A stretch of DNA of 64,000 nt from an uncultured Desulforhopalus sp. (lineage in GTDB: Bacteria; Desulfobacterota; Desulfobulbia; Desulfobulbales; Desulfocapsaceae), in NCBI GenBank assembly GCA_963677465.1, contig OY781976.1, positions 5,247,678 through 5,311,677 on the forward strand. The letters run 5' to 3'. A program made the translations under genes and the position numbers. Every line of letters starts with the position of its first letter. The first letter of the stretch is position 1. Shown here piece after piece: positions 1 through 9,647 of this stretch. The notes below the pieces were generated by a model. The model did not search any database, was not told where the DNA came from, and saw only the letters and a list, made by a program, of their open reading frames with translations.

Positions 1-262
1 CTTTTTACCTTCCGCGGTTCACCTTTGACCGTGATAATCACCGACAACGGCGTATGCCTTCAGGCCTGCAATTTTCCAACGATTCCTCCCCAAACAGTAT
101 TAGCTCTGCGTTGTTTAATCAAGTCTGCCTGCCATCCCATTTCACCTATTCTACCAAAACTACCCATTTCAAAGAGTTTACACAAAAACTGTTTGCCTGT
201 AACACATTTATTCTGATAGGCTATTAAGAGAACGCGCCACACCACCAGCAAAGGGCAAAACC

Positions 263-1603
263 TTGACAAATCCACTAGAAACCATCCTGACTTTCAACCT
301 GTCCGCTGTCGAGACAACACTCGTCAAACGGCTGGTTTCTTCTTTTGAGATTGACATAGTACCGCTTACTATCGGTACCACCAGAAACTTCGCCCAGGAA
401 TTTCCCGAGAAAAAAATCTGCCTGATAATTTTCCATGTGGATAGATATCACTCAAGGCAGGATCGAGTCATTGGATTGATCCGGGACTTTGTCGGTCCTT
501 TTGTCCCACTTCTTATTCTTGTCCCCGAGCAACAACAAGGCAATATTAGAAAGTATCTCCATGCCGGAGCGGACGATTTCATGGAACTGCCCCTCCATGA
601 AGAGAGGTTTTCCATAAGTTTTCTTATCCTGCTTGAAATGGGTCAGGCCATAACCCAACCCCAGGCGGCAAAGTCTTCAGCAAATACCGAGGACCTCCGA
701 CGCAAGCGATATGTCGGCAATCGGCTCGTTGATTTTTTTCGCGAGGGATTGAGTTACTTTACGCCAAAGTCTCTCATCATAAAAGAACGAACAGAAAGAA
801 TTTCCGACAAATGGCAACAGGTGAGAAAGCTTGGCTTAGGCGGCTTCGGGGTTGTCTGGCTGGTGAAAGAAATCGGTACCGGCAGACTGGCGGTGGCCAA
901 AACACCCCACTCCCCCGACATGAATATCAGGGTATTGCGGTCAGCAGCTATCCTGAAGAGACTGGTCCACCATCCAAATATCGTCCATCTGCTGGAAATC
1001 GTAAAAGATAATGGCAAATTTATCCTGATCCAGGAATATGTCGAAGGTCCAACTCTCCAGCAATTGCTTGAACAAACTATTCCACCACTTGATAAAGAAA
1101 CGTATTTTCTGCAACTGGTATCTGTTATCTCCTATGCCCATAAGCATAAGATTCTGCACCGAGATATCAAACCGGAAAACATCATCATCAGTAAAAGCAG
1201 GCAGGTGAAACTTCTTGATTTTGGTATCGCCCGGGACCTCTCCTGGCAGAGTCCCGGCAGCAGTTCCGAGGGGACTGTCAACTTCATGCCACCGGAACAG
1301 TTCGAGGGGCGAAGTTGTCTTGCCAGCGACGTTTGGGCCCTCGGCGTCATCCTCTACATCTTTGCCACCAATGCCGTTCCATATTGTCAACATAATAATA
1401 CATATCCCACCGATATCGACATAAACGTGGATAGCCGGGCACCGGGTATCATTAATCCAAAACTCGATAGTAATCTCGAGCGCATTATCGTGCGTTGTTT
1501 ACAAAAAGACCTTGAGGTGCGTTACCAGAACGCCACAGAATTACTGGAAGATCTACGGACCACCCTGCCGCTGTTAGGCCGGGGTGATTTGCTCCCGGCC
1601 TGA
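263..1603 (+). CDS. Pseudo-receiver (REC-like) domain fused to a Hanks-type Ser/Thr protein kinase
   Basis: 446-aa ORF with a TTG start in the track. The C-terminal half has a Gly loop (LGLGGFGVVW), catalytic loop (HRDIKPENIII), DFGIARD, and PPE in place of APE. The N-terminal ~125 aa has receiver-like beta/alpha periodicity (IIFHVD, LLILVPE, GADDFMELP) but lacks the acidic pair and the conserved Lys. Confidence 0.8.
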   Translation: MTNPLETILTFNLSAVETTLVKRLVSSFEIDIVPLTIGTTRNFAQEFPEKKICLIIFHVDRYHSRQDRVIGLIRDFVGPFVPLLILVPEQQQGNIRKYLHAGADDFMELPLHEERFSISFLILLEMGQAITQPQAAKSSANTEDLRRKRYVGNRLVDFFREGLSYFTPKSLIIKERTERISDKWQQVRKLGLGGFGVVWLVKEIGTGRLAVAKTPHSPDMNIRVLRSAAILKRLVHHPNIVHLLEIVKDNGKFILIQEYVEGPTLQQLLEQTIPPLDKETYFLQLVSVISYAHKHKILHRDIKPENIIISKSRQVKLLDFGIARDLSWQSPGSSSEGTVNFMPPEQFEGRSCLASDVWALGVILYIFATNAVPYCQHNNTYPTDIDINVDSRAPGIINPKLDSNLERIIVRCLQKDLEVRYQNATELLEDLRTTLPLLGRGDLLPA

Positions 1604-1625
1604 AATTAGCGCCAGAATGAAAACT

Positions 1626-1994
1626 TTAGATGATGGATTTTTCTGAAGCCTTCTGAGTAAACCTCGTACCCACTTCAAACTTACCCTCCTCGAGGCCACT
1701 CGCCATGCACCACATTACCGACCCAATGACATTGAGATATGCTTCACTTCCTATCTCCCACATCTCCCTCCAGTCCATGTCGGCATCCCTGAAATCCTCG
1801 AGATTGAGTTGAATAAAAAGCGCTAAATTTTTATCCAACTTCATATCAGTCATAAACCGGATACCGGCAGCACTGTAATCAAGGAGCAGCCCCTCCTTGA
1901 TCAACGGATCGCGGCGATCAGTATGATGGATTTTAAACTGAAATGTATTTCTTTTACTGATTCGATTCTCTTTTCGTCGATCTTCATCTTCCAT
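1626..1994 (-). CDS. PilZ domain protein (c-di-GMP binding type)
   Basis: 122-aa ORF with both PilZ signature motifs: RxxxR (RKENR) and DxSxxG (DYSAAG). Confidence 0.7.
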   Translation of the reverse strand: MEDEDRRKENRISKRNTFQFKIHHTDRRDPLIKEGLLLDYSAAGIRFMTDMKLDKNLALFIQLNLEDFRDADMDWREMWEIGSEAYLNVIGSVMWCMASGLEEGKFEVGTRFTQKASEKSII

Positions 1995-2057
1995 GCAAAC
2001 GCCTCAGGTTCAAGAATTTGGGTTTATATATATCAAGCGAATGATCCTAAGAAAACT

Positions 2058-2100
2058 AACCATTTATTGTATCACAGAATAAATGGTTTTTCATCATTTT
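2058..2100 (-). terminator. Candidate intrinsic terminator downstream of the metallophosphoesterase gene
   Basis: Perfect 11-bp inverted repeat aaccatttatt / aataaatggtt (2058-2068 and 2078-2088) with a 9-nt loop. T-rich flanks occur on both strands. The stem is AT-rich, so its stability is modest. Confidence 0.4.
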
Positions 2101-2114
2101 GATCTGTAAGGTCC

Positions 2115-2849
2115 CTAAAGGCCAATCACCAGCCTTTGTGCATAGATTTCAGGCAAATCTGCGGCCAGGATCTTCTCTCCAGCCCGCTCAAAATCATAGG
2201 CAACCCGATAGAATTCAATAACTTGCTTCTCAGTGTCATAGATAAGATACGCGGCCCGCGGATCACCATCCCGCGGTTGCCCGACGCTGCCGCCGTTAAA
2301 GATCTGACGATTTCGTTCAGCTGCGGGCACCACCATGGTATGCCGGGGAGCTCTGATATAGATACAAAAGAAATTTTTACGGGTTATAGCAATAGGAACA
2401 TGGGTATGGCCAACGAAAAGAATCTTGGCTTTCGAGCGGGCAAACGAGCTGGAGATGTAGGTCTTCTCCGAGACATAATACCAATTACGGGGTCTATACG
2501 GATTTGAATGGCAGAAAGATATATTATCCCATTTGATGAGGTCTTCCATCTTTGCCAGAAATGACATGCTGGTTTCAGTCAGGCTTTCCCTGGTCCAGCG
2601 AATGACTCTCCGGGCATCTCGATTCATATTATTGGGAATGCCGAGCACCGCCGCATCGTGGTTGCCAAGCAGACAGGGACAGGATGGCAGGGACTGAAGC
2701 AACTCAATACACTCATTGGGATTAGCGCCATAGCCCACCACATCACCAAGACAGACATACCGGTCAACCCTTTGGCAAAAAGCATGCTCAAGAACCGCCT
2801 CTAGGGCCTCCAGATTGGAGTGAATATCCGAGATAACTGCAATTCTCAT
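2115..2849 (-). CDS. Metallophosphoesterase (calcineurin-like phosphoesterase family)
   Basis: Motifs ISDIHSN, GDVVGYG, GNHD and GHTH. I placed the start at the internal ATG (MRIAVISD), which follows a GAGGA Shine-Dalgarno. The track ORF extends to 2897. Confidence 0.8.
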   Translation of the reverse strand: MRIAVISDIHSNLEALEAVLEHAFCQRVDRYVCLGDVVGYGANPNECIELLQSLPSCPCLLGNHDAAVLGIPNNMNRDARRVIRWTRESLTETSMSFLAKMEDLIKWDNISFCHSNPYRPRNWYYVSEKTYISSSFARSKAKILFVGHTHVPIAITRKNFFCIYIRAPRHTMVVPAAERNRQIFNGGSVGQPRDGDPRAAYLIYDTEKQVIEFYRVAYDFERAGEKILAADLPEIYAQRLVIGL

Positions 2850-3042
2850 TCGTTCCTCTTTTAATGCCGACCAGCGGGAGAATCCCTCCTCCGTCAAACG
2901 TGATATGCCTTACCACAGATATACGCCAGTTTACGACGAATAGCAATTTTCCCTTTTCTTAAGAGTTCTTTTCCGCTATTTGTGTGTATAATCTCGACCT
3001 CCAACCATCATAATAATAGAATCAAAAGGAACTAAACAACCA

Positions 3043-4476
3043 ATGTTGACCGCATCCGAAAAGAAAACCCTGAAAAGTCTTCTGGCTATGACCCAGGAAC
3101 CAGATGATACCTTTAGTTATGAAGAGTTGCTTGGCTACATGTTTGGCCTGGCAATGACGCCCGACATCCTTCTTCCCAGCGAATGGATGCCCATTATCTT
3201 TGGCGGAGAGTTACCACCTTTCGATTCCGTCGACCAGATGCAGGCAATGACCGGCAACCTGATTCAGGTCTACAACAACTTCATCGCCGATTTTAATAAT
3301 GATAAGCTAAAATTTCCCTTCAAGATAGACAAGCTAAAAGACCAACAGTTCGCCGCACTCTACGAATGGGTTTCAGGGTTTGAGGAAGCAATCGCCCTTC
3401 GCGAAGAATTGTGGGATCCCGAAGAATTTCCCGACCTCAGTGATGGCAAAAAAGAGGAACTTTATCACAGCATGATGACCATCCAGGGGCTGGTCGATCC
3501 TGTGGAGGTTATGGATTATTTTGAGGATATGCCAGACGAAGTGTTTCAGGAGGCCTTTTCCGGCATGGATATGGGGGCCAACGATAGGGAGGCTCAGATC
3601 CAGGTATTCCTGATAGCATCCCTGCCATTGGCAATCGAAACTTTCCAGAAACATGCCCGTATAGTTGAGAAAAATCGCCAACAGCGAATTACCAGACGCC
3701 CCACACCACCTACTCCTATTCGGTCCGCCAAGATCGGGCGAAACGACCCCTGCCCCTGCAACAGTGACAAGAAATTTAAGAAGTGTTGCGGCTCCGGTGA
3801 TAATCAGCAGGCGAGCCCCCCTGGCGGAAAGTCATCGAAAAAATCCAACGTTATCAAGGTCGATTTTCCGCAACACGGCAAAAAACCTGCCGTTCCGGCA
3901 CCTGTTTATCAACTCAAGGTGGCACTGCAGGGCGCGAAGCCACCCATCTGGCGGAGAATTCAGGTTCCGGGCAACATCACCCTCGAACAACTACACAGTG
4001 TAATCCAACTTTGTATGCAGTGGGACGACCAGCACCTGCACCAGTTTCTTATCGACCGGACCTGTTATAGCCTGCCGGATGGGGATGATTTATGGCAGGC
4101 CAGCAGGCCGAAAAACGAAGCAAAGTTTACCCTGCACGATCTTCGGGAAAAAATTCAGCCACAATTTCAATATATTTATGACTTCGGGGATGACTGGATA
4201 CACCAGATAAACGTGGAGGAAATCCTCCCCGCCGAAGAAGGTAAATCCTATCCGGTGCTGATTGCCGGCAAACGTGCCTGTCCGCCGGAAGATATAGGCG
4301 GCATCCACCAGTACAATCACATCCTGGCAGTCCTCAACGACCCTGAAGATGAGGAATATGAAGAGGTGGCCAGTTGGTTAAATATGGATATTTTTCATCC
4401 GGCCAGCTTCGATAAAGAAGATATTGCAGAAATCAATGAGACCCTGAAAAAGCTATTTTCACCAACAAAAAAATGA
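3043..4476 (+). CDS. YecA/UPF0149-like protein with a SEC-C zinc motif and a C-terminal pRiA4b ORF-3-like (MM3350-like) domain
   Basis: 477-aa ORF. It carries the SEC-C motif DPCPCNSDKKFKKCCG. The C-terminal block YQLKVALQGAKPPIWRRIQVPGNITLEQLH ... YIYDFGDDWIH matches my memory of the PRiA4_ORF3 family. Confidence 0.65.
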   Translation: MLTASEKKTLKSLLAMTQEPDDTFSYEELLGYMFGLAMTPDILLPSEWMPIIFGGELPPFDSVDQMQAMTGNLIQVYNNFIADFNNDKLKFPFKIDKLKDQQFAALYEWVSGFEEAIALREELWDPEEFPDLSDGKKEELYHSMMTIQGLVDPVEVMDYFEDMPDEVFQEAFSGMDMGANDREAQIQVFLIASLPLAIETFQKHARIVEKNRQQRITRRPTPPTPIRSAKIGRNDPCPCNSDKKFKKCCGSGDNQQASPPGGKSSKKSNVIKVDFPQHGKKPAVPAPVYQLKVALQGAKPPIWRRIQVPGNITLEQLHSVIQLCMQWDDQHLHQFLIDRTCYSLPDGDDLWQASRPKNEAKFTLHDLREKIQPQFQYIYDFGDDWIHQINVEEILPAEEGKSYPVLIAGKRACPPEDIGGIHQYNHILAVLNDPEDEEYEEVASWLNMDIFHPASFDKEDIAEINETLKKLFSPTKK

Positions 4477-6974
4477 ACACCCCAAACCCCGAACTCCTGC
4501 TCGCCGAGGAATTTGTCCGGGACACCGGCTGCAATATTTACCTGACCGGCAAGGCCGGCACCGGCAAAACGACTTTTCTGCACAATCTCAAAAAGAAAAG
4601 TCCAAAACGGATGATTGTCACCGCGCCAACCGGCGTGGCCGCCATTAATGCCGGTGGTGTAACATTGCATTCCTTTTTTCAGATGCCTTTCGGACCATTC
4701 GTTCCCGGTAGCGAAACCACAGCCCGGCACAAGTTCAACAAAGAAAAGATCAATATCATCAAAAGTCTCGATCTTTTGGTAATTGATGAAATAAGTATGG
4801 TACGGGCCGATCTGCTGGATGGCATAGAGGCTGTGCTGCGCCGTTATCGCCGAAGCGAGCTTCCCTTTGGCGGCGTGCAGCTGCTCCTGATCGGAGACCT
4901 GCATCAGCTCGCTCCGGTGGTCAAAGACGTCGATTGGCGTCTTTTAGCCCAGTACTATGACTCGCCCTATTTTTTCAGCAGCAACTCGCTTCGCCAGACG
5001 GAACTTATCGCCATCGAACTCAAGCATATATATCGCCAGGAAGACAACCACTTCATCGAGCTTCTCAACCGTGTCCGGGACAATAACCTTGACCAGGCAA
5101 CGCTCACAAGCCTTAATGCCCGGCACATCAACGGTTTTGCCGATATCGACCACGAAGGTGAAGGGTATATCACCCTCTGCACCCATAACAGCAGCGCCGA
5201 CACCATTAACGCCTCCAGGCTCAAAAAGCTTACTCAGAAAACCCATCGTTTTGATGCCGAGATTGAAGGTGAGTTTCCGGAACATTCCTTCCCCACCTCG
5301 CCCACCCTCGAAGTAAAACCACAGGCTCAGGTCATGTTTGTTCGCAATGATTCGACGCCTGAAAAACGCTTCTTTAACGGGAAAATAGGTAAAATCACCC
5401 GGATATCCGGCGAAAAAATCTGGATAAAATGTCCGGATGATGTGGATGAAATTATGGTCGAGCCGGCAACCTGGGAAAATATCGACTATTCGCTCGACCC
5501 GGAAACACTGGAGATTACCGAGAATAAAATCGGTGCCTTCATTCAATATCCCTTAAAACTTGCCTGGGCAATCACCATCCACAAGAGCCAGGGTCTCACT
5601 TTTGATCGGGCCATTATCGATGCCCAGGCGGCCTTTGCCCATGGCCAGGTATACGTGGCGCTCAGCCGTTGCCGAACCCTTGAAGGCATGGTCCTCAGCT
5701 CGCCGCTCTCACCACGAGCCGTGAAGACTGACATAGCCGTGCTCCGCTTTGTCGAAAAAGCGAGAGAGAATGTTCCCACCGCAGAAAGACTGGCTATTGC
5801 CAAGATCCGCTACCAGCAGCAGCTGCTCCTTGAGTGTTTTAATTTTAAAGAACTGCAAATTCTTTTCTCCCGGCTGCTCTCTCTTGTCGACAGGAATCCT
5901 GACCTGATCAAAATATTAGGCGCAGGCAATCTTCAGGAACTGAGCCAAAAAACCGTCAACGAAATCTGTACAGTCGGAGCTAATTTCGGGCGACAGCTGC
6001 AGGGACTCTTCACCGAAACGATTTTTCCCGCTGAAGACCCTACAATACTTGATCGAATTCAAAAGGCATCGGCCTATTTTACCGAGAAAATCGAAACAGG
6101 CACAGGCCTTAGCAAATACGTGGGACAGCTGCAGATAGAAACCGACAACAAAGAGCTTCGCAAAAAGGCAAAGCGAATCTGCAAACAGCTCCAGGAAGAG
6201 ACAATTGTTAAACTGGCGGCGGTAAAATGTTGTGCCAGCGGTTTCAGCACATCGCTATATCTTCGGGCTATATCCACGGCCGAGATTGAGGCCGCGCCGA
6301 AACAAGAGCGGGAGGATCGGGTTACAAAAACGGCAATCACCTACACCGAAGCCGATATCGACCATCCTGAACTCTTCCAGACTCTGCGGGATTGGCGGTC
6401 AGAAAAAGCACAGGAGGCAGGAGTCCCGCATTTTCATATTTTGCATCAAAAAACCCTGATCCAGATTGTTGTCAACCTGCCCAATACCATCAATGCCTTG
6501 ATGAAAATCAAGGGCATCGGCAAGAAACTGACCGAAAAATACGGCCAGGAGTTGGTTGCCATGGTTTCAGATTACCGGGAGAAAAACAATATTGTCGAGG
6601 TCTTTCTCCCGGCTACAACCGAGACGCCGCCAAAAAAATCAAAACAAGCCAAAGACCCGGATGCACCCAAAGTTGATACAAGACAACTCAGTTTCGATCT
6701 TTTTCAACAGGGCCTGTCCCCTGCGGAGATAGCCGACCAACGAGACATGGTCATCTCGACAATAGAGGGACATCTGGCTCATTTCGTGGCAAACGGGAAG
6801 CTGGCAGTAGAGAGCCTGCTTTCTGCCGAAAAGCTTCAGGTGATCGAGGAAAAGCTGCAACAGATGCCGGGCAAAAAACTCAGTGAAATAAAACTGGCGC
6901 TGGGCGGCGATTACAGTTACGGCGAAATTAAATTTGTCCAGGCTCATCTGCAGAAGCTTGCCGCGGGAGACTGA
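4473..6974 (+). CDS. PIF1/RecD-like superfamily-1 DNA helicase with C-terminal HRDC-like and helix-turn-helix-like extensions
   Basis: 833 aa. Walker A GKAGTGKTT and Walker B LLVIDEISM. Family motifs LLLIGDLHQLAPV, AITIHKSQGLTFD and YVALSRCR. HRDC-like segment LFQTLRDWRSEKAQEAGVPHFHILHQKTL. The start ATG overlaps the upstream stop (ATGA). Confidence 0.8.
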   Translation: MNTPNPELLLAEEFVRDTGCNIYLTGKAGTGKTTFLHNLKKKSPKRMIVTAPTGVAAINAGGVTLHSFFQMPFGPFVPGSETTARHKFNKEKINIIKSLDLLVIDEISMVRADLLDGIEAVLRRYRRSELPFGGVQLLLIGDLHQLAPVVKDVDWRLLAQYYDSPYFFSSNSLRQTELIAIELKHIYRQEDNHFIELLNRVRDNNLDQATLTSLNARHINGFADIDHEGEGYITLCTHNSSADTINASRLKKLTQKTHRFDAEIEGEFPEHSFPTSPTLEVKPQAQVMFVRNDSTPEKRFFNGKIGKITRISGEKIWIKCPDDVDEIMVEPATWENIDYSLDPETLEITENKIGAFIQYPLKLAWAITIHKSQGLTFDRAIIDAQAAFAHGQVYVALSRCRTLEGMVLSSPLSPRAVKTDIAVLRFVEKARENVPTAERLAIAKIRYQQQLLLECFNFKELQILFSRLLSLVDRNPDLIKILGAGNLQELSQKTVNEICTVGANFGRQLQGLFTETIFPAEDPTILDRIQKASAYFTEKIETGTGLSKYVGQLQIETDNKELRKKAKRICKQLQEETIVKLAAVKCCASGFSTSLYLRAISTAEIEAAPKQEREDRVTKTAITYTEADIDHPELFQTLRDWRSEKAQEAGVPHFHILHQKTLIQIVVNLPNTINALMKIKGIGKKLTEKYGQELVAMVSDYREKNNIVEVFLPATTETPPKKSKQAKDPDAPKVDTRQLSFDLFQQGLSPAEIADQRDMVISTIEGHLAHFVANGKLAVESLLSAEKLQVIEEKLQQMPGKKLSEIKLALGGDYSYGEIKFVQAHLQKLAAGD

Positions 6975-7017
6975 ATGGCCCCCGCTCTTTGCAAACTCGT
7001 GTCGCGAAAACAGGCTG

Positions 7018-8124
7018 TTAGCCGACTACCCGTATCTCACGGCTCATGGTGCTCAACGACTCCGAACCATCGGCAGTTACCACCACATCATCTTCGATGC
7101 GAACCCCGTTCTGGCCCGTAAGATAGATCCCCGGTTCAATGGTATAGGCCATGCCTGGCTCCAGTATCAACTCATTATCTCCGCGCATATACGGTTCTTC
7201 ATGACATTCCATGCCAATGCCGTGACCTGTCCGGTGGGTAAAAAACTGTCCATAGCCCGCCTCTTCAATGACCTTTCTGGTGGCTTTATCGACAGAAGCA
7301 CAGCTGACACCCGGTCTGCCCGCAGCCCGACCCGCCGCATTGGCCAACTGAACGATTTTATGAATTTTTGCCGCCTCGGCATCAATCTCGCCCACGGCAA
7401 AAGTACGGGTTAAATCGGAGATGTAGCCATCAAAAATTGCACCCCAGTCGATGACCAAAAGATCACCTCCGGCAAGTTGCCGCGTGGAGGGCTGGGCATG
7501 GGGATTGGCAGCGTTTGGACCGCTTGAAACTATCGGCGTAAAAGGCAGGGAGGTATCAGAGCCCTGGCGGATAAGCTGCATAAAGAGCTCACCGGCGATA
7601 TCTTTTTCGGTCACCCCAATCTTGACCATCGGCAGGGTTGCCATAAGCGCATTCTCGGCTATCACCACCGCCCTGCGCATACAGGTAATTTCTTCTTTGT
7701 CCTTGATTGACCTCAAGGCAGTAAAAATATTCGAGCCATCAGTATAATTGGCATCTCCGCAGGCTGAACGGAGATAATCATACTCCAGCAAACGCAACTG
7801 ACGGGGTTCCAAGCCTACCTTCTTACCGGCAAGGTTGAGCTTTGCAAAAGCGTCCCGAAAGATATCAGACCATTGTTCCGGACTCTCACCATAGGCATAT
7901 ACTTTTGTGGGAAACGGCAAAGCGTTGAGTTGGCCCTGCTCAAGCTCAGGCAGAATAATAACCGGATCATCTTCAACTGTGAAAATGATGACCACCGGCC
8001 GTTCCATCAGGTGGAAATGTAGTCCTGTGAGGTAGGTAAGAGTCGGCCCGGCATTGACTGCGACAGCTGCCAGCCCTTTCTCCTCCATATGTCCTTTTAA
8101 CTTGTTCAAACGTGTTGCAAACAT
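7018..8124 (-). CDS. M24 family Xaa-Pro dipeptidase / aminopeptidase P
   Basis: Metal-ligand region HRTGHGIGMECHEEP plus the ISDLTRTF and IEPGIY motifs. Start chosen at the internal ATG (MFATRLNK), which follows GGAGGG. The track ORF extends to 8232. Confidence 0.85.
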   Translation of the reverse strand: MFATRLNKLKGHMEEKGLAAVAVNAGPTLTYLTGLHFHLMERPVVIIFTVEDDPVIILPELEQGQLNALPFPTKVYAYGESPEQWSDIFRDAFAKLNLAGKKVGLEPRQLRLLEYDYLRSACGDANYTDGSNIFTALRSIKDKEEITCMRRAVVIAENALMATLPMVKIGVTEKDIAGELFMQLIRQGSDTSLPFTPIVSSGPNAANPHAQPSTRQLAGGDLLVIDWGAIFDGYISDLTRTFAVGEIDAEAAKIHKIVQLANAAGRAAGRPGVSCASVDKATRKVIEEAGYGQFFTHRTGHGIGMECHEEPYMRGDNELILEPGMAYTIEPGIYLTGQNGVRIEDDVVVTADGSESLSTMSREIRVVG

Positions 8125-8291
8125 ATTCCCTCCAGTCATAAAAATTGTATACAATATTTGTCTTCTTTCATTACCGAAATCTGTCTCACTTGTCCAATAT
8201 AATCGCCAAGGATAATTCAAAAAGGGTGTCACCCCGGCAAATTACCGAGTGGACACCCTTCATCTGACCTTAAACTCGAAAGATTTAGAGC

Positions 8292-8873
8292 CTACAACTC
8301 AATCTTCGCCCCAAGTAGCGCCACAAATTTAGCCAGCCAGGCAGGATGAGCAGGCCAGGCCGGCGCAGTGACCAGATTACCTTGTACATGGGCACTATCC
8401 ATCTCAACCGCCATATATTTACCCCCCGCCAGCCCTACCTCAACCGAGCAGGCAGGATAGGCAGAACATTCACGTCCCTGCAATACACCAGCTGCGGACA
8501 GCAGCTGCGCTCCGTGACAGATGGCGGCAATCGGTTTTTCTGCTGCCGCAAAATATTTGATGATAGCCAGGACCTTTTCATTGAGGCGCAGATACTCAGG
8601 GGCGCGTCCACCGGGGATCAGCAGGCCAATATACTCTTCCTGCTTAATCACATCAAAATCAGCATTGAGGGTGAAATTATGTCCCGGTTTTTCGCTGTAG
8701 GTCTGATCGCCTTCAAAGTCGTGGATAGCGGTGCGGACAAAATCACCGGCCTTTTTGTCGGGACATATCGCATCCACCTGATACCCCAGCATCTGCAGAC
8801 ACTGAAACGGCACCATTACCTCGTAATCTTCTACATAATCGCCAACCAGCATGAGAATTTTTTTTACGGCCAT
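8292..8873 (-). CDS. DJ-1/PfpI family protein (class I glutamine amidotransferase-like)
   Basis: 193 aa with the nucleophile elbow [10 protein letters not shown] and an overall PfpI-like layout. Confidence 0.8.
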   Translation of the reverse strand: MAVKKILMLVGDYVEDYEVMVPFQCLQMLGYQVDAICPDKKAGDFVRTAIHDFEGDQTYSEKPGHNFTLNADFDVIKQEEYIGLLIPGGRAPEYLRLNEKVLAIIKYFAAAEKPIAAICHGAQLLSAAGVLQGRECSAYPACSVEVGLAGGKYMAVEMDSAHVQGNLVTAPAWPAHPAWLAKFVALLGAKIEL

Positions 8874-9153
8874 GAAATTTCTCCTTTAAATCTGATTTAA
8901 TAGTATTGTGCCCGTAAACAACCAGCACTGCAAAGCGCTGATCAAATGTATTCAAGCCATAAAGACAGGAAGAGTTCTTTGCACTAATCCCAATGACTTT
9001 ACCACCCAGTCTTGTATAATACTTCTACCTGATGTCCTCTTTGACCTGGCTGATATCTTTTATGGCAAAGTATTCATGGACCATGAATGAAGCCAGTTTT
9101 TCTTTTTGCAATCAGCACAAAAAACACTATTAACTTTCAACTTAAGCCAGCAC

Positions 9154-9387
9154 ATGAACGAACAACCTAATAATCCGCTCCACGGCGTAACCCTCGAACA
9201 GATCATGAACTTTCTCGTTGCCGATTATGGCTGGGAAAAACTGGCTAAATATATCAAAATCGCCTGTTTCACCAGCAACCCTTCCATACAGTCCAGCCTG
9301 AAATTCCTGCGCAAGACGCCCTGGGCAAGAGAAAAAGTTGAGAAGCTTTACCTTGCCACCCTGAAGCGTGCCAAAAAGCGCAAGTGA
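9154..9387 (+). CDS. DUF2132 (VF530-like) small putative DNA-binding protein
   Basis: Segment [33 protein letters not shown]...[24 protein letters not shown] matches my memory of the DUF2132 family. Start set at the internal ATG (MNEQPNN). Confidence 0.6.
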   Translation: MNEQPNNPLHGVTLEQIMNFLVADYGWEKLAKYIKIACFTSNPSIQSSLKFLRKTPWAREKVEKLYLATLKRAKKRK

Positions 9388-9647
9388 ATTGCATTCCATC
9401 TTTTCAGCAATAACAGTGCACCCTGGTCGAACAGGTTCATCTCTGAAACGTTTGACCCCACTCGTTTTCCGAATCATTGAGCCTCGGCGGATTGTCCTTG
9501 CGGAAGCCTGTCAAAGAGGCTATTTATCCTCATTGTCGTGGAAATATTCTTCACTCTTTTTGAACTCTTTATCCGTAATCACTGAAACGTGTTCGAAAAT
9601 TTTTTTTTATATTTTAATTTTTAATATCATAGGACGAAGGATACAGA

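Noticed and set aside
1-275. Short ORFs at the left edge (25-216 plus strand, 60-275 minus strand), and a plus-strand frame open from position 1.
   Set aside because: The translations are Cys/Pro-rich and not protein-like. I saw no ribosome-binding sites and no motifs. I cannot tell whether a real gene ends here, so I made no call.
4395-5546. Minus-strand ORFs of 169 and 200 aa within the helicase gene.
   Set aside because: Antisense to the helicase, whose Walker A/B and PIF1-type motifs are intact. These are shadow ORFs.
6934-7413. 159-aa plus-strand ORF overlapping the helicase stop and the M24 peptidase gene.
   Set aside because: Mostly antisense to the M24 peptidase C-terminal catalytic region (HRTGHGIG...). 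No Shine-Dalgarno and no motifs.
8346-8900. 184-aa plus-strand ORF.
   Set aside because: Antisense to the DJ-1/PfpI gene, which has the conserved Cys-His elbow. No independent support.
8994-9020. Possible sigma-70 promoter (TGACTT ... TATAAT) upstream of the DUF2132 gene.
   Set aside because: The TATAAT hexamer at 9015-9020 is perfect. However, the best -35-like hexamer is only 15 nt away and is a poor match. That is not enough support for a feature call.
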